The position numbers were made by a program, and so were the translations under genes. The notes below the pieces were generated by a model. The model was not told the DNA's origin. It did no database searches and saw nothing but the letters and a program-made list of their open reading frames with translations. From Nitrospirota bacterium (lineage in GTDB: Bacteria; Nitrospirota; UBA9217), in assembly GCA_963737155.1 (NCBI GenBank), contig CAVTRN010000002.1:1984001-2048000 (forward strand): a stretch of DNA of 64,000 nt. Direction: 5' to 3'. This document shows, one piece after another, positions 32,954 through 42,760 of the stretch. Within the stretch, counting starts at the first letter, position 1, and each line of letters starts with the position of its first letter.

Positions 32954-33420
32954 TAGCTATTAGTGTCAGTCATGTGTTTCATACTCAATCGTTCGTATCC
33001 TTGCAGTTTGCCGTGGTCTTTGGGGACCAAGGCTTCCAAGTTTGTACGCCGGTTTGCTCTCAATGCCACTTTCAGAATCGATTTGGCGATGCTTTGCAGG
33101 TCCAACGGCTTTTCAATATAGTCGGCGAATCTCAGACCCGTCAACTGCCCTTCCATGGCATCGCGGGGACACGCGGACATGACGATTACGGGAATGTGGG
33201 GATATGTTTTATCCATCCAAGCCGGCAAAGCATATCCACTCACACCGGGCATATTCAATTCTGTGACCACTACGTCGATAACCGCGGTCTTCAATATCTC
33301 TAGCGCCTTTGAGACGCTGTTCGCCGTGTATATACGTATTTTCATTGTACTTAATCGGAGTCCTTTAGCAAGAGTCCCCAAGAAAAACGCTTCGTCGTCA
33401 ATTAATAGAACATCCGTCAC
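32926..33420 (-). CDS. Single-domain response regulator receiver
   Basis: VLLIDDE, VVVTELNMPGVSG (Glu at the phospho-Asp position), VMSA, EKP. Confidence 0.8.
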   Translation of the reverse strand: MTDVLLIDDEAFFLGTLAKGLRLSTMKIRIYTANSVSKALEILKTAVIDVVVTELNMPGVSGYALPAWMDKTYPHIPVIVMSACPRDAMEGQLTGLRFADYIEKPLDLQSIAKSILKVALRANRRTNLEALVPKDHGKLQGYERLSMKHMTDTNSYWQKPATIV

Positions 33421-33524
33421 TGTTGACTCTCCTTAACCTTCATCTAGGCAATATTTGAGCAGTTAATATAGCGTCCTCATTCCGACGATTGTGCTAACCG
33501 CCAACCCGTTCAATTCTATTCCCC

Positions 33525-33716
33525 CTATCTCGTCCGAGCCGCTCGTATCGCATCCAAGATTGCTGTGAATACACTGGGGTTGAACCTGATGCCCGACTCT
33601 ACGTAGAGCAATCTCATTACAGCGTTCAATACATCGAAATAGTCGGACCTCAGATCTTTTCCAAGTCCTCTGGCCTTACACTCCTCCTCGAAGAGCAAGA
33701 CTCTTTCAACCTCCAT
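33525..33716 (-). CDS. Small hypothetical protein
   Basis: 63-aa ORF co-oriented with the downstream regulator genes. Confidence 0.35.
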   Translation of the reverse strand: MEVERVLLFEEECKARGLGKDLRSDYFDVLNAVMRLLYVESGIRFNPSVFTAILDAIRAARTR

Positions 33717-34070
33717 TTACGCGTAGCATTTGTAGCTTATGCAGCCGCGCTCCCGCCGGTCGGGCCAAGTATCATTATTACCATTTGAAAGACCCCCTCG
33801 GGTTTTTTTAACAAGTGCGCATCGTTGCTATCATCGAATAGGATCGTCTGCTCCTGATCGCTCGATGATATCCGCTAATCTTGTACGAGCTGTTGTTGTG
33901 ATCTTTTATGTTTCCCTACCCCCTACAGTCACGACGCTGCAACGACGGCCGGGCAGCATCGGCAGGGACAGCCTGAACTAGCGACCGTTGGAGGCAATTT
34001 TCTGAATATGTTCTTTTTCGTTACCTCCTCAGTTAAATATAAAAAGACAGACTCTTAGAAGATATTTTAT

Positions 34071-34086
34071 ATCAACTTTTGTGCCA
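34071..34086 (-). promoter_or_regulatory. Candidate sigma54 (-24/-12) promoter
   Basis: Minus strand TGGCAC-AAAAG-TTGAT versus consensus TGGCAC-N5-TTGC; GAGGAGG RBS about 40 nt downstream. Confidence 0.55.
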
Positions 34087-34183
34087 GAGTAGAACTGCGA
34101 ACTATGCGGATATAATACGTTGATTGTGTGGGATAATATGGAAATTGAAGTTGCAGAGGTAAAGAAAAGCCGCTAAGGCAACC

Positions 34184-34215
34184 CGTCGTATTTGACAGAA
34201 ACGTCAAATACGACG
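34184..34215. promoter_or_regulatory. Perfect 13-bp inverted repeat, candidate enhancer-binding protein site
   Basis: CGTCGTATTTGAC-AGAAAC-GTCAAATACGACG, about 100 bp upstream of the sigma54-like site. Confidence 0.55.
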
Positions 34216-34391
34216 ACCACGAGGAGAGAATATTTGGATCGGGGAGGTTGTCGGAATGACACTTATCAAGTCTGCCTGCAATTGTCTACTTGCGTTTTTT
34301 GGCGGCTTGAACTGACCCCCTCTGTTTAGACAAATTATGTTAGACTATCAGGCAGGATCCCCGGCCCGGGATGGGCAGAAAGGATCTTGTC

Positions 34392-36104
34392 ATGAGAAAA
34401 CAGAGAAGTTTCAGCATCGAGTTCAAGCGCCAAGTAGTTGAAGAATATCTGAGCGGTGCCGGTACTGCGGCCCAGCTCTGCCGAAAACATAGCATTTCTT
34501 CCGGACTTTTATATCATTGGAGACGGCAATATCTTAAAAACAGCTTTGAAGCCGATTCAGCCCGGGAAGTTGCCCAGGAAGAACGGATTCGCCTATTGGA
34601 ACAGGCACTTGAAAAAGCCCACCTGGAGGTTGAGTTTTTTATAAAAAGCTCTGCATCAGAGCTTCGAACAGTCCCGGAAAAAAGGAAGTTCATTACCGAC
34701 AACCGAAACTTTATCGAAACCCTCACGAGGGGGTGCGAACTCATGAACCTCCCTCGAAGCAGTTACTACTATAAGCCGAAGCTCCGGGAGATATCTCCTG
34801 AGGACCAAGCCCTTATCTCGCGGATCGAAGGGCTCGCCGAGGACTTCGCTACGTACGGCTACCGAAAGATCACGGCTCAGTTGCGCCGGTATGGCATTGT
34901 GGTCAACCGCAAGAAAGTTCAGCGGATCATGCGGGAAAAGGGTCTTTTTGCGAAGAAGACTCGACGGTTCGTCAAAACCACAGACAGCAACCACCCTTAT
35001 CCCGTATACCCGAACCTGCTCAAAGGCCTGAAGGTGACAGGCGTCAATCAGGCCTGGGTTGCTGATATCACTTATAGTGCGCCCAGCCAACGATACCTGC
35101 CTGTATGGGGGTGAAGTTGCTTGAGCATGTTTGGAATGCATTCTCTAAAGATGTAATAGTGAGCATGCCCTCTTTCCGCTACGGGAAGGAGTGAGCCGAA
35201 GCGGCGGTGATTTGCCGAACACTGGCAAGGTGACGAAGCCCGCAGGAAACGGGACTTGCGGCGAAGCGGTTACGCCAAGATGAGTCTCTAGGATGAGCAC
35301 GGGACGGTTGAGGAACACGAACCTATTGAAATGCATCTGAGGGTTGAAATGTCACCCCTGCCTACACCGCTTAACAGGCAGGATGCGGATTGGCACCAGC
35401 CATATGTAGGGAGCTGGGCTGCGAATGTTGACTGGATGAGTGAGCTGGTCAGCAGGGAGCCTCGGGAAGTGCGTAGCTAAACTGAGGCATGCGCAACGAC
35501 TTGCGGTACGCAAGGATAAAGACTGCTATAGGCAACCTCGCCCGTGCGTTTGAGTCCAACATGTGAACTGGGGAAGGCTTGCACAGATGCTAAGGGAGTG
35601 TGTCCCCGATGATGTGCAAGCTGGCGGAGCCCTCGTAGTAGTCCTAGGCCGGGAAAGCCGGTCACATGGCGAAGGGGGGCAGTTCAAGCAGTTTGCTAGG
35701 CTGCTTAGCTGACTTTAATGAGGTGAAGACCTCTGATAATCAGTGAAATGCAAAGCAAGCAGGCGAAGAGATTTCGCTTTTGCATTGAGCAATGCTTGGA
35801 TGGAGAGCCGGATGCGCTGAGAGGTGCAAGTCCGGTTCGGAGAGGAGAGGTCGGGAAATAGCTCGACTACGCCCGACCTCTTACTCTACTCCGAATCGTT
35901 GCTTCCTTCGTTTACCTTGCCGTCATTCTGGACCTGTACTCAAGGAAGGCGATTGGATACGCCATCTCCCGGTCTATCGATACGGACTTAAGCCTTGCCG
36001 CGCTTCAGATGGCCATCGAAACAAGGAATCCCCGTGCCGGGCTGATCCATCACTCGGACCGGGGCGTGCAAATACGCAGCACACGACTACGTTGACGTAC
36101 TCAC
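34392..36104 (+). pseudogene. IS3 OrfAB transposase in two exons (34392-35076, 35890-36104)
   Basis: FSIEFKRQVV, RSSYYY, YGYRKIT, WVADITY|IRIVASFVYLAVILDLYSRKAIGY...IHHSDRGVQ; then frameshifted and truncated before the catalytic Glu. Confidence 0.9.
35077..35889 (+). ncRNA. ORF-less group II intron (813 nt)
   Basis: 5' GTGCG; domain V GAGCCGGATGCGCTGAGAGGTGCAAGTCCGGTTC at 35805-35838; domain VI ending CTCTAC; removal restores the transposase frame. Confidence 0.93.
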
Positions 36105-36126
36105 GAAGACATCTGATTATAATCAG

Positions 36127-36444
36127 TCAAATATGAGCGAACACTCGTAATCTTTTTATCTTTTTTATCTCCTTTGCACTTGGTGAATGCCTTACATGAT
36201 ATAGGTCCCAAGCTAACTGCAAATTAAGCCAAAACTGCGCCTCTATGCCGAATAGTTTTTCTAAGCGAAGTGCGGTATCTGGTGTTATACCCCGCTTTCC
36301 ATGAATTAACTCATTAACACGCGGATATGAAACCCCGAGTTTATCTGCTAAATCACTCTGCGTTATCTTAAGTGGTTTGAGAAACTCTTCCAATAGCATT
36401 TCGCCAGGATGCGTCGGCGGACCATTTTTAGGTATGCGAACCAT
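36127..36444 (-). CDS. higA: HigA antitoxin (intact)
   Basis: THPGEMLLEEFLKPL, KRGITPDTALRL, FWLNLQLAWDL. Confidence 0.93.
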   Translation of the reverse strand: MVRIPKNGPPTHPGEMLLEEFLKPLKITQSDLADKLGVSYPRVNELIHGKRGITPDTALRLEKLFGIEAQFWLNLQLAWDLYHVRHSPSAKEIKKIKRLRVFAHI

Positions 36445-36463
36445 TTTTTACCTCCCTAATTAT

Positions 36464-36756
36464 TCAGTGGTAATCTGTAATTTCTGCGTTTTCTGCACCA
36501 TCGTCTGTCCAAACAAAACAAACCCGGAATTTATCGTTAATCCGTATGCTGTGTTGACCTTTTCTATCTTCCTTAAGGGATTCCAAATAGTTTCCCGGCG
36601 GAATTTTCAACGATTCTAAGGAAACGACACCATTGAGTTGGTCAAGTTTTCGCTGTGCCACTCGCCAGATTTGCTGCGGCAAGTCTGACGCGCTTCTCTG
36701 TTGTTTTTTCTGTCGAAAATAACTTCTGTGCCTTTGCTGCGAAACGATTTTATCAC
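36464..36756 (-). pseudogene. higB: HigB toxin, copy 2, 1-nt deletion near 36678
   Basis: VIKSFRSKGTEVIFD...RQTC is out of frame with QQIWRVAQRKLDQLN...HSIRINDKFRVCF...ITDYH; span 293 nt. Confidence 0.85.
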
Positions 36757-36813
36757 CAGCCATCCCCTCTTTGGAACATCTTCTTATCAATATAATTATA
36801 ATCTTATAATATA

Positions 36814-37932
36814 TATTAACCGTCTCATAATAGTATTGACATAATCTTGCATCTGTGGTATAGTATTTCTCATGAAGAAAAAAGCAGATGCGAGAAATCT
36901 TGACCATAAAACTCTGACTGAGCTGAGAAAGCGTGCGGTAAATAGTGTCCAGGAAGGACAAAGCCCCGAACTGGTGGCCAAAGCTCTGGGTATAAATCGC
37001 GTCACCATCTATGGCTGGTTGGCACGATATCGAAACGGGGGCTGGGGTGCTCTTGATGCCAACAAACGAGGCGGCCGTCCACCAAAAATGGATGCTAAGG
37101 CTATAGAGTGGGTTTATCGTACCGTGACCACGAAAAATCCGCTTCAGTTGAAGTTTACCTATGCCCTGTGGACAGCGAAGATCATTGGGCAGGTAATATA
37201 TAAGCGATTTGGTATGAGATTGAGCAAAGCATCCGTTTGTCGTTTGCTGGGACAGTTGGGATTGACTCCACAGCGTCCTGTTTGGCGTGCCTATCAGCAA
37301 AAGCCGGCAGCGGTTCAGGAATGGCTGGAGAAGGAGTATCCTCGGATACGAAGCATGGCGCGTCGCATGAAGGCTCAAATCTTCTTCGGAGATGAAGCTG
37401 GCGTTCGCTCTGATCATCATGCGGGCACCACTTGGGCCATGAAAGGTGAGACCCCGATTGTGAGCAGCACAGGAGCGCGCTTCGGATTGAATATGATTTC
37501 GGCTGTTAGTGCACAAGGCGAATTTAGGTTCATGGTAGTCAAAGGTCGCGTAGCGTCGCAGCAATTTATTGAATTCATAAAGCGGCTTATTCAAGGCAGC
37601 AAACGGATGATATTTCTCATCGTTGATGGTCATCCGTCACACAAGTCTCGCAAGGTTTCTAACTATATTGAAACCATTAAGGAAAAGTTTCGTCTGTTCT
37701 TTTTACCGCCGTATTCTCCAGAGCTGAATCCCGATGAGAGAGTCTGGAATGACCTGAAGAACAATGCAGTTGGTCGTCAGGCAATTAGTTCACCGGAACA
37801 ATTACATGGTGCAGTAGTCAGTCATTTGAGGTTTATCCAAAAGTCTCCTGATCGTGTGCGTGCTTACTTTAATAACGAGACAACAAAGTATGCGGCATAA
37901 TTAATGTTAATACTATTATGAGACGATTAATA
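36814..37932 (+). mobile_element. Complete IS630-family element with duplicated TA target
   Basis: IRs TATTAACCGTCTCATAATAGTATTGACA and TGTTAATACTATTATGAGACGATTAATA; absent from cassette copy 1. Confidence 0.95.
36872..37900 (+). CDS. IS630-family transposase (intact, 342 aa)
   Basis: HTH, FFGDEAG, IVDGHPSH, LPPYSPELNPDE. Confidence 0.96.
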   Translation: MKKKADARNLDHKTLTELRKRAVNSVQEGQSPELVAKALGINRVTIYGWLARYRNGGWGALDANKRGGRPPKMDAKAIEWVYRTVTTKNPLQLKFTYALWTAKIIGQVIYKRFGMRLSKASVCRLLGQLGLTPQRPVWRAYQQKPAAVQEWLEKEYPRIRSMARRMKAQIFFGDEAGVRSDHHAGTTWAMKGETPIVSSTGARFGLNMISAVSAQGEFRFMVVKGRVASQQFIEFIKRLIQGSKRMIFLIVDGHPSHKSRKVSNYIETIKEKFRLFFLPPYSPELNPDERVWNDLKNNAVGRQAISSPEQLHGAVVSHLRFIQKSPDRVRAYFNNETTKYAA

Positions 37933-38594
37933 ACGTTATATAGCAATATAAACCTCTGAATCGGAAATCTTTAGCGCTCAGGGCCACCTAATTATTAGGA
38001 TATCCATAATAGTAATATTTTCATTCGCTATCTTAAGATTAACAAGAGTAACTTGAAATATGTTGAGACAGTTATATCCGAAGATCAACTGATACAGGAG
38101 GGTTTATGCGCTGAGTGATGCAACCGATATTCTACAATTCTGATAGGGCACGATACTCATCAGCTACATCTACTAGAGTGGAATGGACAATTTATCAACG
38201 GACATGCAGTATTCTGGTTGTATCTCAGCATTAGCCATGAGTTGAGGGTGCGGCCGTCTTTTGCCCGACCCTCTCAAACGACAAGTTATTAAAATCGTAT
38301 CTTTGAAATAAATTCTACTCAGCGAATCCTGAATTCAGAATTCTAAATTCCCTCGTCTTGCCATCTTTTTCGATAAGGATATTTGAGACAGAAAATATCG
38401 GATGTCGTGATACTTATTTTTTGTCTTTTGTCTCTTAATCAATTCTGCGTCAGGTAGGCTGTCGTTACAGGCAGGGGCCACATCTTCAGCTTGTTCTTTT
38501 GTCTACCTGTATCTCGCCAGCAGCAGACTCGGCAGTTGATCCGGTCTCTCGTCTCCCATATTAAGCTCATTGTCAATGAGCACCCCACCACTGT

Positions 38595-40170
38595 TTACTG
38601 CGCTTCTTCATTGCTTCCAATCGTCCTGTCATGTGTTTTATGCATGCTTCTTATGCCTCTTTTAGTTTCTTCCACATTCATCGAACGTGCCTGCTTCTCA
38701 AATACCTTACGGAAATGGTAACCGTAGATCGAGAGAGTGATAGCCTGTGGAAAGAGGCTGGGACGTCTGAATATCGTCCAGAACAAAAGCCTCCAATAAT
38801 GGAATCTTTCTTTCCCGATGATCCCGAGGACGACAATGGACTTGAAGAACGCGGCCAGGTAGTTGGGCCGAAATCGAAAGGGCATCTTTTTTTCTTTGGG
38901 GGGCATATTCCCTCAGAAATGTCCTGACCCTTTCATAGTAGCATCTGGGTGAATAGAGGGTGCTGAGTACCATCTTGTAGCCGTTGATCAACAGGTCATA
39001 GTCCATTCTGGGGATAAAATTGGTCGCGAAATCCGTATTGTCCCCCGAGGTCTCATTCAACAGTCGTTGCTCCTTTTTGAGTCTTTCGTAGAGTTTCGTG
39101 CGTGGAAGGGCAATGAGAATGCCTACCATTGCCGTTACAACCCCGCTCGCCTGGATAAATTTGATCTGGGTGTCGAAAATCGTAGGGGGGTCGTTGTCGA
39201 AGCCAACAATGAATCCGCCCTGCACCTCGATGCCGGATTTCTGGATATTCCTGACACTGGCCAGGAGATCGCGGTTCTTGTTCTGGAATTTGCTGCATTC
39301 CTCCAGGCTCTGCTCATGCGGGGTCTCGATGCCGACGAAGACGACATCGAATCCTGCCCTGACCATCATCTCCATGAGGTCTTTATCATCGGACAGTTCT
39401 ATGGATGCCTGCGTATTAAAAGTGAAGGGCTGCTTTCTCCTGTCCAGCCATTCGATGATGGCAGGGAGAATCTCCGCCTTCAGCTTTTTCTTGTTCCCGA
39501 TAAAATTGTCATCAACAAAGAAGACCTGGCCTCTGAACCCTGATGCGTAAACACTCTCGAGCTCCCTGATGAGCTGGTCTTTACCTTATGTGCGCGGTTT
39601 GCGGCCGCAGAGCAGGGTAATGTCACAAAACTCACAGTTGAAGGGGCAGCCTCGGGAATACTGGATATTGATTGAGGCATAGCGCTTCATATCGATGAGC
39701 CCCCAGAGCGGGATGGGCGTATCCTGTATGTTGGCCCACTGATCAGTGGTATAGAAATGGCCTGCGGCTCCATTCCGGAGATCTTCCAGGAAACGGGGCA
39801 TGGTGATTTCGGCCTCGTTCAGCACCAGATAGTCTACATCTCCGAACGTCTCATATTCGGTCGTGAAAAGAGGACCACCGGCGACAATTCTGACGCCGGC
39901 TGCCCTGCATCTCGCAATCACTCCTTTCGCCGATTCCTTCTGGACAGACATCGCGCTCACAAAGACAAGATCAGCCCATTTCAGGTCGTCGTCATGCAGT
40001 CTTTCCACATTCATGTCGACCATTTTTTTCTCCCACTCATGAGGAAACATCGCTGCAATGGTCAATAAGCCGAGGGGTGGACTGCTCGCCTTTCTGTGAA
40101 TGAATTTCAGGGCATACCTGAAACTCCAGAAGGTGTCAGGGAATTCAGGATAAATGAGCAGTGCTTTCAA
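38595..40170 (-). pseudogene. B12-binding radical SAM protein (DUF4070-type C-terminus), disrupted
   Basis: PPLGLLTIAA, SRGCPFNCEFC (CxxxCxxC), VFFVDDNF, GGFIVGFDND; in-frame TAA at 39586-39588 and +1 frameshift near 38900. Confidence 0.9.
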
Positions 40171-40609
40171 TGAACTCTCCTATCAATCTATTTGTTCTCT
40201 CTCGCTTGAAGAGGCTCTTCATGGATTTATATACCACTGATTTCTCAGATCTTTGTTATAAGCCGTTCCTCGGTCACTCAGCTATTCACAAAATCCTGCA
40301 GCTATCCACTGTGCGCCACGATAAAAGACTGACGCTTGAAAAAATACTTGCAGAATACCACTTCAAAATTGCACACGGGTTCGTCTGGCCGAAAGTGCAT
40401 AGTTAAGGAAGAATCCATAGTTTCTTTAATATATCATAGATCGCACAATACAGAGAGAATCTTTTGCATAGCGAATTGCCTCACAATAAATGTTACCCCA
40501 GTGAATTCCGAATATGTACTTATAGAAAAGTTCGTTCTCATTATAAAGTAAAAAATAATCCTAAAAATGGTAGTTGACGCGATAGTTTCTTACAAAATCA
40601 ATAAGATGC

Positions 40610-42310
40610 TTAAATTCTGCCTTCGTTGCCAGCTGACCTCTTGTCATACGCGCTTACTACTGCATTGATGGTATCGTAGAACGCATCTTTCCCAAACAGA
40701 TCGGTAAGCTCATACGTATCTAGCTCAGCCTTGACTATGTCAATCATTTCGGAAAACACAATTCGGACCCCCTGAATCTTCAGGATGCCGTGGATATCGC
40801 GTAGGGTTGATGCCGCAGTGAAGTCCACATCTGCAATCGCTGACGCTTCGATACAGAACCAGACCAGAGGGGGCTGTGCCTTGTTTGCGAGTTCGACAAC
40901 CTCCATCGAGAGTTGCTCGGCATTTGCATAGTACATAGTGTGACTGAAGCGATATACCAGTAGGCCGGGCCGGATTTGTTCGGGACTGCTCACCGGCAAT
41001 GCCCGCCAGCCACCCGTCTTGTCAGGTGCGAGCACAGCATTCTTACATCGATAGCTTCTCCGCACGTGCTCTATGAGTGACAGTACCATCGCAAGGAGAA
41101 TACCCTGCTCGACGCCGACACCGACCACTACAATGGCGGTGATCAACGCCACCCAGAATTCTGGCGGGCGTTGTACCCAGATTTTTCGCATCCCCTTGAC
41201 ATCGATCAATTCAACGGCGATCATGAAGACCACCGCAGAGAGGGCGGCAATTGGCATGCTGGCCAGCGAACCCGTCAGAAACAGCAGCACCAGCAAGACA
41301 ATGATGCTTGAGGTAATCTGCGCAATCTGACTGCTACCGCCGGCACTATCGACAATCTGAGTCGCGGTCGGGCTTCCGTTCACAACAAAAGTCCCGCTCA
41401 ATGCGGCTCCGATATTGGCAAGGCCCAGGCCCACCAGATCCACATTTTCGCTGAAGCGCTCGCTGTAGCGGGTTGCATAGACGCGGGATGTCGCTGCGCT
41501 CTGGGCCAGGATCACTATGAACATTGCAAAAGCGGTGGGAAACAACTTCAGGATAAGGCCAAGATCCCAATGTATTTCCGGCAAACCGATCACTGGCAGG
41601 CCCCTTGGAACCGCACCAAGCACATGTGCGCCGTGAGCTTGAAGATTGAGCGCCGAGCTGGCGACGATGGCAGCCGCCACTGCGATTACTGCACCAGGGA
41701 TCTTTTTCGAAATCTTTTTTGCTCCGATGATAATCGCGAGCACAGCCACGGAGACACCTAGGGCGTAGAAATTAGTCTGTTGGACCTGATGTAAATCGTT
41801 GATGATGTTGTAGATTGGACCATGCCCTCCTCCAGGAAGCCCTAACATACTCGATATCTCACCGAAAGCAACTTGGACGCCTACTCCTGACAGAAACCCG
41901 ACGAGCACAGTTCGCGACAGAAAATCCGCAAGGAACCCCAGTCGAATGATACGGGCGATGATCAAGAAACCAGCCGACAGAACCGCGAGAACTTCTGCCA
42001 GTGCAAGCCACTCTGCTGACCCGGACACGGCCATCCCGGTTAGAGCACCTGAGAGAATGGCCGCTGTGGCAGAGTCGGCACCGACGACAAGGTGCCGGGA
42101 TGAGCCGAAAAGGGCGAAAAGGGCCGTTGGGATGAGGATGGTGTAGAGGCCCGTGATCACCGGGGTACCTGCAATTTTTGTGTAGCCCATCACCTGAGGA
42201 ATGGCGAGGGCAGCAAGCGTAAGACCGGCTATGATGTCTTTGAGCACCTGAGATCCTTTTATTGGGAGGATCCCTTGAAAAACGGGCAACCGCATGCCTT
42301 GTGCCTCCAT
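40610..42310 (-). CDS. SulP/SLC26-family anion transporter with STAS domain
   Basis: DIIAGLTLAALAIPQVMGY, FGSSRHLVVG, C-terminal YYANA...DVDFTA. Confidence 0.93.
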   Translation of the reverse strand: MEAQGMRLPVFQGILPIKGSQVLKDIIAGLTLAALAIPQVMGYTKIAGTPVITGLYTILIPTALFALFGSSRHLVVGADSATAAILSGALTGMAVSGSAEWLALAEVLAVLSAGFLIIARIIRLGFLADFLSRTVLVGFLSGVGVQVAFGEISSMLGLPGGGHGPIYNIINDLHQVQQTNFYALGVSVAVLAIIIGAKKISKKIPGAVIAVAAAIVASSALNLQAHGAHVLGAVPRGLPVIGLPEIHWDLGLILKLFPTAFAMFIVILAQSAATSRVYATRYSERFSENVDLVGLGLANIGAALSGTFVVNGSPTATQIVDSAGGSSQIAQITSSIIVLLVLLFLTGSLASMPIAALSAVVFMIAVELIDVKGMRKIWVQRPPEFWVALITAIVVVGVGVEQGILLAMVLSLIEHVRRSYRCKNAVLAPDKTGGWRALPVSSPEQIRPGLLVYRFSHTMYYANAEQLSMEVVELANKAQPPLVWFCIEASAIADVDFTAASTLRDIHGILKIQGVRIVFSEMIDIVKAELDTYELTDLFGKDAFYDTINAVVSAYDKRSAGNEGRI

Positions 42311-42760
42311 CTGGCCTTTTGTGATTATATGCGCCGATCATTTCTACAGGCTGAGGCTGGATGGTTTTGATGTATGAAAGGCGTAGCCAAGCGTATATCT
42401 ATCGGCAATAACCTTTAGGTCTTGCTTATCGGTCTTATTCGGGTGCGAAGGCACAGCATTCTTTGTCATCTATTAATGAAGTGTGTAAGATATCTGTGCA
42501 CCCAGCCTATTAGGAATGCTTCTGAACCTATTTTTTCTGGCTTGTTGACCCTTGAATGGCTATCCAATTGGCTTAGACGCGGCCGTTGGTATTTATTTGG
42601 AGTACATTGCCTAGTGCTCCAGTAACCATTTTTTTGCTAACTCAGACATTGTTGAGAACCATGAGTAAAAATCAAGACCGCAGTCAGTGCCGGGAGGGAC
42701 CCGATGATGTAGAGCGCGCCAGCACACCAAGTATGTTATGCGCGCAACTAGTCAGGGCCC

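Larger units (their letters stand above)
34308..36104 (+). mobile_element. IS3-family element, intron-interrupted and right-truncated
   Basis: Left end TGAACTGACCCCCTCTGTTTAGACA; OrfA HTH and OrfB motifs; no right IR. Confidence 0.9.
36105..38119. repeat. higBA cassette copy 2
   Basis: Direct repeat of 25642-27600. Confidence 0.92.

Noticed and set aside
33740-34030. Possible small exported-protein gene behind the GAGGAGG RBS
   Set aside because: The start codon reads ACG and the frame closes early; at best an unidentifiable pseudogene.
35792-36136. 114-aa ORF
   Set aside because: Spans intron domains V-VI and the off-frame IS3 exon; not a maturase.
36464-37633. 389-aa minus-strand ORF ending in HigB sequence
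   Set aside because: Accidental read-through of the IS630 antisense strand into the frameshifted higB.
38565-38581. Palindrome GCTCATTG-T-CAATGAGC
   Set aside because: Single occurrence with no supporting context.
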